DNA of 64,000 nucleotides from an uncultured Gemmataceae bacterium (lineage in GTDB: Bacteria; Planctomycetota; Planctomycetia; Gemmatales; Gemmataceae): positions 448,001-512,000 of the forward strand of contig CAVVPN010000004.1 of the NCBI GenBank assembly GCA_963750165.1, written 5' to 3'. Positions 11,199 to 21,634 of this stretch are shown piece by piece. The first letter of the stretch is position 1. Each line of letters starts with the position of its first letter. Position numbers and translations under genes: made by a program. The notes beneath the pieces are model-generated. The model saw nothing but the letters and a program-made list of their open reading frames with translations, was not told the origin of the DNA and did no database searches.

Positions 11199-12173
11199 TC
11201 AACCGGCCGTCTTCTGAGTCACCCGTGCCTGGGCGTACTGCTCCAGCTTGCGGGCGTCGGCGTAGAACTTGCGGATGCCCTCGGCCAGCTTCTCGGTGGC
11301 CATGGCGTCCTCGTTGTGCATCCAGCGAAACGTCTTCTCGTCCAGGTGGATCTTCTGGGCGTCGGATGCTCTGGCGGTTTCCACGCTCAGCCGGCGCTTG
11401 ACACCGCCCTCGGTTTTCTCCATTTGCGCCAACAGGTCGGGGCTGATGGTCAGCAGGTCACAACCGACGAGGCGAACAATCTGGTCCACCTTGCGGAAGC
11501 TGGCGCCCATGATCTGAGTCTTGTAATCGAACTTCTTGAAGTAGTCGTAAATCCGCGCGACGGACGCAACTCCCGGATCCTCGTCGGCGGGAATGTCCTT
11601 GACCCCGCGCTCCTTGCAGTACCAGTCATAGATCCGCCCGACGAACGGCGAGATCAACGTCACGCCAGCCTCGGCACAGGCGACGGCCTGGGCGAAGCTG
11701 AACAGCAGAGTCAGGTTGCAGTGAATCCCTTCGCGTTCCAGTTGCTCGGCGGCCCGGATGCCTTCCCAGGTGCTGGCGATCTTGATGAGCACCCGGTCGC
11801 GCTCAATACCCGCCTGCTTGTACATGTCGATCAGCTTGCGAGCCTTGGCCAGCGTTCCCTCGGTGTCGAAGCTGAGCCCGGCATCGACCTCGGTGGAGAC
11901 ACGACCGGGAACGATCTTGAGAATCTCGCAGCCGAAGTCGATGAAGAGCTTGTCCATGAACGCCACGCTGCGGGCGGCCCGGCCGCCGCCGGCGCGGACA
12001 GCGAAGTTCAGTGCGTCGTCCACCAGGTTCTGATACCGCGGCAGCTGGGCCGCATGCAACAGGAGGGACGGATTGGTGGTCGCGTCCTGGGGTTTGTGTG
12101 CGGCGATGGCGTCGATGTCGCCCGTGTCGGCCACCACCGTCGTGAAGCGTTTCAACGATTCGAGAAGGTTCAT
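11199..12173 (-). CDS. tal: Transaldolase
   Basis: [54 protein letters not shown]. Confidence 0.96.
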   Translation of the reverse strand: MNLLESLKRFTTVVADTGDIDAIAAHKPQDATTNPSLLLHAAQLPRYQNLVDDALNFAVRAGGGRAARSVAFMDKLFIDFGCEILKIVPGRVSTEVDAGLSFDTEGTLAKARKLIDMYKQAGIERDRVLIKIASTWEGIRAAEQLEREGIHCNLTLLFSFAQAVACAEAGVTLISPFVGRIYDWYCKERGVKDIPADEDPGVASVARIYDYFKKFDYKTQIMGASFRKVDQIVRLVGCDLLTISPDLLAQMEKTEGGVKRRLSVETARASDAQKIHLDEKTFRWMHNEDAMATEKLAEGIRKFYADARKLEQYAQARVTQKTAG

Positions 12174-12244
12174 CGTGTCACCTCATGTGGGTCAAGGTTT
12201 GCAGAAGGTCATCACTGATGTCGGAACCGAGATTCCTCGGGGTC

Positions 12245-12402
12245 CTATCGCACCCGTTCCTTGCGGTCAGCGCGGCCAAGTTGTTCCCGAGTCGCCTGGA
12301 CAACCACATCCGAGGTGAAGCCCAATTTCTTCTCACGGCGTCCATCGACAGCGTGCGGATCGTGTTGATACACGTCTGGTCGAGATTGTTTTTACCCGGC
12401 AT
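12245..12402 (-). pseudogene. tkt: Transketolase remnant: first 23 codons joined to the last ~29 codons
   Basis: MPGKNNLDQTCINTIRTLSMDAV (Tkt N-terminus) abuts KKLGFTSDVVVQATREQLGR (Tkt C-terminus) at 12334/12333. Confidence 0.8.
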
Positions 12403-12904
12403 GTCCACCCCCCGCCTTCGTGGTGACGGGCGAGCCGACAGCGTGAGCGACCGGAAGCGCCGCCTGGTGGGCCGGGGACTTCACGACCATCACGGGACAG
12501 CGCGCCTGCCGCACCACCTCCTCGGTCACGCTGCCGAATAACAGGGCCCTCAACCAGGAGTGCCCGTGCGCCCCCATCACGATCAGGTCGCACCCGAGCC
12601 TGTCCAGAATCCCAAGGATGTGTGCGGCGTTGGCCCGGTCGGCCACGATCACCTCATGCGACACGCGAACCTTGGGGTCACTCGATTGCAGGTTGTGAAA
12701 GCGATCCCACAGGTTAATTCCTTTCCCCTTGCCCGGATCGACCAGGACCCAGCCGTCCTCCAACACCACGGCCGGGGGCTGGGCGATGTGGAAGAGGATC
12801 ACTTCGGCCCCAACCGCCCGGGCCAGCGTGTGGGCCACGCGGAACGCCTCGTCAGCGTGCGCGGAAAAATCGGTGGGCACGAGAATCTTGCGAATTGCGT
12901 CCAT
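12392..12904 (-). CDS. Universal stress protein
   Basis: IRKILVPTDFS, DLIVMGAHG, LFGSVTEEVVRQARCPVMVV. Confidence 0.93.
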   Translation of the reverse strand: MDAIRKILVPTDFSAHADEAFRVAHTLARAVGAEVILFHIAQPPAVVLEDGWVLVDPGKGKGINLWDRFHNLQSSDPKVRVSHEVIVADRANAAHILGILDRLGCDLIVMGAHGHSWLRALLFGSVTEEVVRQARCPVMVVKSPAHQAALPVAHAVGSPVTTKAGGGHAG

Positions 12905-12965
12905 GAATGTCTTTCTCCCCTGGTTGCTTTGCCTCTGGATGCCGCTAGCTTTGTGAAGGGGAGAA

Positions 12966-12981
12966 AGCAACCGCCGTGCCA
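12966..12981 (-). promoter_or_regulatory. Sigma-54 (-24/-12) promoter
   Basis: Minus strand TGGCACG-GCGG-TTGCT is an exact match to TGGCACG-N4-TTGCW, about 60 nt upstream of the USP ATG. Confidence 0.8.
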
Positions 12982-13259
12982 GGAGGCAATGTCCGAGTAT
13001 TCGGCGGTCAGGACGGGGCGAAAAACGGGCTTGAGGGAGACTTTGGTACAGTGCATTCCCGTGCCCCCCGCTGTCGAGTGTTGCCTATCCGCACATAGAA
13101 TGAGCGGAAATGTCGCAACGGGAGTCCCGGGGCAGCAACTTCTCTGCGATAGTCTCGTTGTTGAGGCGGTTTTTCACCTGGAAGTGGCAGTTGTTTGGCC
13201 GGGCGGGTTGGAACATCTACCAGGCGGTGAACGCCGAGCGGATCGGCGGACAGTGCGTG

Positions 13260-13823
13260 CTACCGCGACACGCACTGGCCCAGCGACTGCGGCGGCGGAA
13301 ACCTGCCGGCATAGGCGTGCTGATGGAGTTCGGCAACCGACATCCCCGCTGCGCGCGCCGCGATCATCATCTCGGGATCGACGCGCATGCCCAACGGGGA
13401 CGCCCCCGTGCCGAGGATATCCAGTTTCAACTCGACAACGTTCTGATCGGGATCTTCATAATAGAATGCGGCTCCAGCACCGTGGTGTGCCGTGAGCACC
13501 GGTTCAATGCCAAGGCCCTTCAGCCGCACATAGGCAGCCAGCAGGTCGTCGAGCGTCGCGCACTCGAACGGGACGTGTTGCGGCGGCGGCCGGTGAAGCG
13601 GTGGCGGTCCGACCGTCTGGCCCGACAGCGACAGGATGGTGATGCGCGGATTGACCAGGTCGTTGCTGCTCCACGCGGCGACCAAACGCGAGGTGGCTTG
13701 GGCGCCTGCCGGCGGCGGCGAGGAGTGCGTCGGCGCCATGCCGAACACTCGCGCGTACCAACCGACCATCGCCGACAGGTTCGTGGTCGTCAACCGGAAA
13801 TGTCGCACCGTCGAGCGGATCAT
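13260..13823 (-). CDS. VOC/glyoxalase-family protein
   Basis: HFRLTTTNLSAMVGWYARVFG, QHVPFECATLDDLL, FYYEDPDQNVVEL; AAGGAG RBS. Confidence 0.8.
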   Translation of the reverse strand: MIRSTVRHFRLTTTNLSAMVGWYARVFGMAPTHSSPPPAGAQATSRLVAAWSSNDLVNPRITILSLSGQTVGPPPLHRPPPQHVPFECATLDDLLAAYVRLKGLGIEPVLTAHHGAGAAFYYEDPDQNVVELKLDILGTGASPLGMRVDPEMMIAARAAGMSVAELHQHAYAGRFPPPQSLGQCVSR

Positions 13824-13947
13824 CTGGCGGCTCCTTGTTTAGCTCGGTCAGCCCTGCCTGACTTTCCTGCCATAGTGAGCGTGGGAGGTGGACAGGGGGG
13901 TTGGTACAATCGACGGTGAAATCACCACTCTCGTATGGTGCTGGATC

Positions 13948-14544
13948 ATGGTCGAAGAACACACCACCGCCGTCGTGCAGCGCTACCTGGACGCACTGGC
14001 CGGGGATGCGCCTGCCGAAGCGATTGTCCGCGACCTCGTGGCCCGGGCCGCCCTCCGGCTGCGCCTGTTGTGTACAAACCTTCTGTACCGCAGTTATCCG
14101 CGTTTGACTCAGCCGCCGTTGAACTTGCAGTCCGACGACATGCTCGGGGCCGTGGTGGAACGGCTGCTCAAGGCGCTGCGCGAGGTCCGGCCCCAGACGG
14201 TGCGCCAGTTCTTCGCCCTGGCCAACCAGCACATGCGCTGGGAGCTGAATGACCTGGCCCGCCGCTTAGATGAACGGCCCGCCGCCGTGGAACTGCGCGA
14301 AGGGTTCGTGCCGGCGGCGGCCAGCAGCGACTCCGACCTGACCCCGAACGCGCGGCGCATGCTGGCGGCGATCGATGCGTTGCCGGAAGACCTGAGCGAG
14401 GTCTTCAACCTGGTGCGCGTCCAGGGGCTGACGTATCCCGAGGCCGCCGAGGTGGTGGGCGTCTCGGTCAAGACGGTGCAGCGACGCTTGACGCGGGGTC
14501 TCCTGCTGCTGACGGAACAGCTGGACGATCTGCGCCCAACCTGA
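13948..14544 (+). CDS. ECF sigma-70 factor, kinase-associated planctomycete type
   Basis: Region 2 (FFALANQHMRWELNDLARR) and region 4 (IDALPEDLSEVFNLVRVQGLTYPEAAEVVGVSVKTVQRR). Confidence 0.88.
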   Translation: MVEEHTTAVVQRYLDALAGDAPAEAIVRDLVARAALRLRLLCTNLLYRSYPRLTQPPLNLQSDDMLGAVVERLLKALREVRPQTVRQFFALANQHMRWELNDLARRLDERPAAVELREGFVPAAASSDSDLTPNARRMLAAIDALPEDLSEVFNLVRVQGLTYPEAAEVVGVSVKTVQRRLTRGLLLLTEQLDDLRPT

Positions 14545-14561
14545 ACGCAGGAGGCCTGGCG

Positions 14562-17500
14562 ATGCCCAGCGATCCACGCGTGCTGGAACTGGTCGAAGAA
14601 ATCCTCGACTCCGGACGCAGCCCGGAAGACGTGTGCCGCGACTGTCCCGAGTTGCTGCCCCAGGTGCGGGAGTTCTGGCAGCGCCATCGCGCCGTCCAGG
14701 CCCAACTCAGCGCCTTGTTTCCGGAGACGGATCCGGCCCCGGAGGACAGTGTCCCGCCGCTCGTGCAGGTGCCCGAGGACCTGGGGCCGTTGCCGCACAT
14801 CCCCGGCTACGCGGTGCAGGCGGTGCTGGGGCACGGCGGCATGGGTGTCGTCTACAAGGCGTGGCACCTGCGTTTGCAGCGACCCGTCGCCCTCAAAATG
14901 GTGCTGGCCGGCGCCTTCGCCCGCCCCGCGGAGCGGGAGCGCCTGTTGCGCGAAGCGGCGGCGGTGGCGGGCCTGCAGCACGCGAACATCGTGCAGGTTC
15001 ACGATGTCGGCGACCACGACGGCCGACCGTATTTCACCATGGAGTTCATTGAGGGCGGCAGCCTGGCCCAGCAACTGACGGGCACCCCGCAGCCGGCCGA
15101 CCAGGCCGCCGCCCTGGTGGCCACGCTCGCCGAGGCCGTCCAGGTCGCGCACCAGGGCGGGATCGTTCACCGCGATCTGAAGCCGGCCAACATCCTGCTC
15201 ACTGCCGACGGCACGCCCAAGGTGTCGGACTTCGGCCTGGCCCGCCGACTGGAAGACGACAGCGGGCTGACCCAGAGCGGCGCTCCGCTGGGCACGCCAA
15301 GCTACATGGCTCCCGAGCAAGCCCAGGGCCAACGGGACGCCGTGGGGCCTGCCGCGGATGTGTACGCGCTGGGAGCGATCCTGTACGAGTTGCTGACAGG
15401 CCGGCCGCCCTTCCGGGCCGAGACCGCGGCGGCGACGCTGCAACAGGTGCTGACTGCGGAGCCGGTGCCGCCGGCGCGGTTGAACCCCCGCGTGCCGCGC
15501 GACCTGGATACCATCTGCCTGAAATGCCTGCAAAAAGAGCCGCGCCGCCGCTACGCCAGTGCGGCGGCGCTGGCGGAGGACCTGCGCCGCTTCGAGCGCG
15601 GCGAGCCGATCACTGCCCGACCGCTGGGGCGGCTGGGGCGGCTGGCCCGCTGGGCGCGCCGCCGTCCGACCACGGCGGCGCTCACCGGCACCCTGCTGGC
15701 GGTGGCGCTGCTGACGTTGGCCCTGGTCGGCAGTTGGCTGTGGGTGAACGGGCAACGGACGGCGAACCTGCAGGCGGTGGAGGAGGACTTGCGGGAAGTG
15801 ACCCGGCTACTGCAAACCTCGGACCCGGCGGGCGCGCGCGCCGCCCTGGAGCGGGCCAGGGGCCGGCTGGGCGCGGACGGGACTGTCGAACTGCAAGCGC
15901 GCGTCGATCAGGCTAATCGCCACCTGGAACTGGTGGCAAAGTTGGAGGCCATCCGCCTGAAACGGGCGGTTGTCCGGGCCGGGCGCTTCAACCGGGCGCA
16001 AGCGGATCGGGACTACGCGGCGGCGTTCGCCACGGCAGGGTTGGGGACGGATGACGACGACCCGGAAGCGCTGGCGGCCCGCGTGGCGGCATCACCCGTG
16101 CGGGCGGCGCTGGTGGCGGCGCTCGACGACTGGGCCGTCTGCGCCGACCAGAAACGGCGCGAGTGGCTGCTGGCGGTAGCCAGGCAGGCGGATCCAGACC
16201 CCTGGCGCAACCGCGTCCGCGATCCGAGGACGTGGGCGGATCGCAAGCAGCTGACCGAGTTGGCCAGGACGGCACCGGTGAAGGAGCAGTCGTTGCAAAT
16301 CCTGGTGGCGGTGGGGGAGCGGTTGCAGGCTGACCACGGCGACGCGACCGCGTTCCTGCGGCGCGTGCAGAAGGAGCATCCCACTGATTTCTACGCCAAC
16401 TTCATGCTCGCCAACGCCCTGGCGAACCAGGGGGCGGACGGCGACGCGATCGGCTTTTACCGGGCCGCGCTGGCCGTCCGCCCGAACACGGTCGTCGCCC
16501 GGTACAACCTCGGCCTGGCCCTGCACCACCTGGGCCAACTGGATGAGGCCATCGATCACTTCGAGCGCGCGCTCGACATCGATCCCACGTTCGGCTGGAC
16601 CCACGCGGCCCTCGCCCTCGCCCTGGAAGCGAACTGGCGCCTGGACGAGGCCATCGACCATTACCGCGCGGCGCTCCGCCTCAACCCCTTTCGGGCCGCG
16701 GTCCACTACAACCTGGGCAGGGCCTTGATTGTCCGGAAGCGGTTTGACGAGGCCATCCACCACCTCCGGCAGGCCGCCACCCTCGAACCCAGGGTGATCC
16801 GGCACCACCTCGTCCTCGCTGAACTCCTGAACGACCGGGGCCGGCTGGACGACGCCGGCGGCCACTTCCGCCAGGCGATTGCGCTGGATCCGAAACGCAC
16901 GGATGCCCAAAAAGGGTTGCGCGGCATCCTGATTCGTCAGGGGAAACTGGAAGCGGCGCGGGCCGCCTGGCGCAAGGCGCTCGACGCCGGCCCGCCCGAG
17001 CACGACGCCTGGTTCGGCTACGCCGAGCTGTGTCTGTTTCTCGGCCAGGAGGACGAGTACCGCCGCGCGCGGCGGGTCCTGCTCGACCGCTTCGGCGCCA
17101 GCACCGATCCGCAGGTCGCCGAACGAACCGGCCGGGCCTGTCTGCTCTTGCCCGCCACCAACGACGAACTGGAGGACGCGGCCGCCCTGGTCGAGCGCGC
17201 GCTGGCCGCCGGGCGTTCGGGACGCGAGTGGGCGTACCCTTACTTCCTGTTCGCCCGGGGGCTGGCAGAGTACCGGCGCGGCCGGTTCGACAGCGCCATC
17301 GCTGTGATGGAAGGTGAGGCGTCCGGGGTGATGGGCCCCGCTCCCCGGCTGATCGTGGCCATGGCGCAGCACCGGCTCGGTAAGGGGGAGGAAGCGCGCA
17401 AGACGCTGGCGGCGGCCATCGGCGACTACGACTGGCGCGCGGATCGGCGCAGGACCATGACAGCTGGATCATCCACATACTCCGGCGCGAGGCTGAGGCC

Positions 17501-17563
17501 CTGATCCGGCCGGAGGCTCAGCCAGCGGCGCTGAACAAGGGGAAAGGGTCGGGAGTTGATTGA
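14562..17563 (+). CDS. Ser/Thr protein kinase with TM segment and TPR repeats; probable 1-nt frameshift near 17447
   Basis: LGHGGMGVVYKA, VALKM, HRDLKPANIL, DFGLA, GTPSYMAPE; TPRs (ARYNLGLAL, VHYNLGRAL); shifted tail WIIHILRREAEALI ends ~17563. Confidence 0.92.
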
Positions 17564-17598
17564 CACAGCCGTGTCAATCGACTCCCGACCCCTTTCCC
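17540..17598. repeat. Palindromic intergenic repeat (GGGTCGGGAGT...ACTCCCGACCC)
   Basis: About 27-bp inverted arms around a 4-nt loop. Confidence 0.75.
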
Positions 17599-18099
17599 TG
17601 ACTTTCCCTGACGCCAGGCAGGCGAGACACCTGCACCACGTGAAAATCACCACCAGACTGGGGTTTCTGCTGAGCGAATTCCGACTCCGTTTTCGACACT
17701 CTAGCACCAGAGGTGAGCAAAATGCGGTCGGCGGCGCCGTAAAGCCCTTCGTTGTTGTCATTTGCATCAGCGGTCTCGTGCGCCCCGTTCAGCAACATTG
17801 ACCGGATGGTTCGCTATCGCAGTAGTTGCAGTCGAAAGTGCTTGTCAGCACATGACTTATCCGGCTCGGACGCCAATTCGGTCACCCATGGTGCTAGAGT
17901 GTCCCGTTTTCTTTCCTTTCTCTTCAGGTTCTCAAGGTCGTGAAGTTGGGAATTGGGGAGGCGCAAACCCTGCCACTCCGGGGCATGGGAGGCGCGCCAT
18001 GTGGCCATGTGGCCAGATGACTCCTCTCTCCGGCGTGCCTGCCACCTCGCTATAATACCGCCCAGGCAACCGCCACCCGGGCCACGCCATCCGGAGAGT

Positions 18100-19320
18100 A
18101 TGCCAATGCCCGCAGACCCCGAGATCATCCTGACCGTCAGCGCCGGCCCGCACGCCGGCGCCACCTTCACCTTCAGCGGCCGCGACAACTTTGTCGTCGG
18201 CCGCGAACCGCCGGCGCACTTCATCCTGCCCGACAAGGACGCGACCATCTCGCGCGTCCACTTCCTGATCGAACTCAATCCGCCGCTGTGCCGCCTGACC
18301 GACCTGGCCAGCAGCAACGGCACCTTCCTGAACGGCCGCCGCCTCGCCGCGCCGGCCAACCTCTGCGACGGCGACGAAATTCGCGCCGGCCAGACCGTCC
18401 TGCGCGTCGCCATCCGCTGGCCGCTGGAGCCGACCGTGGCCCTGGGCGAACCACTACCGGAGACCCAGACGCCGCCGCGGCCGCCGGATTTTTTGCCGCC
18501 GGGCTACGAGTGGGTGCGCGAACTGGGCCGCGGCGCGATGGGGGCGGTCCACCTGACGCGGGCGCTGAACAACGGCCGGCTGTTCGCCGTCAAGACCGTG
18601 CGGCCGGCGGTCAACGCCACGCGCCGCGATGTGGACCGCTTCCTGCGCGAGATTCGCGTCCTCAGCGAATTGAGCCATCCGCACATCGTCGCCTTCCGCG
18701 AATTTGAAGTGCTGCGCGGTCACTTCTTTCTGGTGATGGAATACGTCGAGGGCACCGACGCCTACCAGGTGTTGCAGGCCGAGGGGCCGCTGCGGTTGCC
18801 GCGGGCGGTCGCCTGGGTGTGCCAGCTGCTCGACGCCCTGGACCACGCCCACAACCGCGGTTTCGTCCATCGTGATGTGAAGCCGGCCAATCTGCTGATC
18901 CAGCGACAGGACGGCCGCGAACTGGTCAAGGTGGCGGACTTCGGGCTGGCGCGGAGTTACGAGGCGTCGCGGCTGAGCGGCCTGACACGCGCGGGCCAGG
19001 CCGCCGGCACACCGGGCTTCATGCCGCCGGAGCAGATCATCGCCTACCGCCAGACGGGACCCGCCGCCGACCAGTACGCCGCGGCGGCGACGCTGTACAA
19101 CCTGTTGACCAATCAGTATCTGTTCGACTTCCCGGCGAGCACCAGTGCCCGGCTGCGGATGATTTTGGAGGAGGAGCCGGTGCCATTGCGGACGCGCCGG
19201 CCGGAACTGCCGGAGGAACTGGCGGTGGTCGTCCACCGGGCGCTGGCCCGTGACCCGAAGCAGCGCTTCGGCAGCGCGGCGGACCTGCGGCGCGAGTTGC
19301 TGCGGTTCGTGGTCGGCTGA
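18100..19320 (+). CDS. FHA-domain Ser/Thr protein kinase
   Basis: FHA: VVGRE, ISRVH, DLASSNGTFLNG; kinase: LGRGAMGAV, HRDVKPAN, DFGLA; TATAAT at ~18051. Confidence 0.92.
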   Translation: MPMPADPEIILTVSAGPHAGATFTFSGRDNFVVGREPPAHFILPDKDATISRVHFLIELNPPLCRLTDLASSNGTFLNGRRLAAPANLCDGDEIRAGQTVLRVAIRWPLEPTVALGEPLPETQTPPRPPDFLPPGYEWVRELGRGAMGAVHLTRALNNGRLFAVKTVRPAVNATRRDVDRFLREIRVLSELSHPHIVAFREFEVLRGHFFLVMEYVEGTDAYQVLQAEGPLRLPRAVAWVCQLLDALDHAHNRGFVHRDVKPANLLIQRQDGRELVKVADFGLARSYEASRLSGLTRAGQAAGTPGFMPPEQIIAYRQTGPAADQYAAAATLYNLLTNQYLFDFPASTSARLRMILEEEPVPLRTRRPELPEELAVVVHRALARDPKQRFGSAADLRRELLRFVVG

Positions 19321-19336
19321 TGGTTCTGCCGGCGGG

Positions 19337-20797
<1,461 letters not shown>

Positions 20798-20819
20798 CGG
20801 TGCTCCCCTGCGTTGGTTT

Positions 20820-20876
20820 GTAGTACCGCCTTCACGCGGAATCAAAGTCTCCGATTCCGCCTGAAGGCGGAACTAC
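20820..20876. repeat. GTAG-type REP doublet
   Basis: GTAGTACCGCCTTCACGCGGAATC...GATTCCGCCTGAAGGCGGAACTAC. Confidence 0.75.
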
Positions 20877-20888
20877 GAGCGAAGACCG

Positions 20889-21633
20889 TCAATCCTTACG
20901 AACTGGATGGTTGGCGACGTACCAGCGAATCTGCCGGGCCAGACCGAGGAGCACATCGACTTCCATCGCGCTCGGCTGGGCCCGGCCGAGCAGGTGCCGC
21001 AGCGCGTGCATCAGCGCGTCGGCCTTGTCACCATACAGGAAATGGATTTCCTCCAGGGCGGTGCGCACCTGAGCGAACATCTGTTCCTGGACCGCGAACG
21101 GCGCGGGCGGCGCGGGCGGCGCGGGCGGGCTCGTCTGTTGCAGCCAGCTCCGGCGCAGCTCGTACAGACACACGGCCACCGCCTGGGCCAGGTTCAGCGC
21201 CGGCGCCGCCGGTTCGGTCGGGATGTGGATGAGGAAGTGACAGCGCGTGATTTCCGCGTTGGTCAAACCGCTGGGCTCCGGGCCGAACACCAGCGCACAC
21301 GGCCCCTGCGCCAGCGCCGGCAGCAACCGCGGCAAAATGTCCTCAGGCGGCCCCACCGTTTGCCGGCGGTACAGCCCGCCGGTGCGCCGACGTGCCGACC
21401 ACCAGCAGACAGTCCGCCACGGCGTCGCCCAGTTCCGGCACCACCCGTGCCGCTTGCAGAATGTCCTCGGCGTGCGTCGCCAGCAGCCGGGCACGCTCGT
21501 CGGTGGGGCTCGCCGCCGGCGCGACCAGCACCAGCTCGGCGAAGCCCAGGTTGCGCATGACGCGGGCGGCGGCGCCGACGTTGGCGGCGGTGTACGGCCG
21601 CACCAGCACCACCCGACACGCCGCCAAGGTCAT
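20889..21633 (-). CDS. SPOUT RNA methyltransferase (TrmJ/LasT-like); frameshift near 21385
   Basis: RVVLVRP..AANVGAAARVMRNLG, ALVFGPEPSGLTN, ALNLAQAV. Confidence 0.88.
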
Positions 21634-21634
21634 G

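Noticed and set aside
8571..12218. 1215-aa plus-strand ORF (also 3750-5588, 14109-15755, 19250-21232, 30188-32089, 36118-37848)
   Set aside because: Antisense shadows of well-supported genes, expected from high-GC codon bias; no motifs
17574..17950. Short ORFs in the AT-richer gap after the TPR kinase
   Set aside because: No RBS or motif, and partly read through a repeat; cannot be supported
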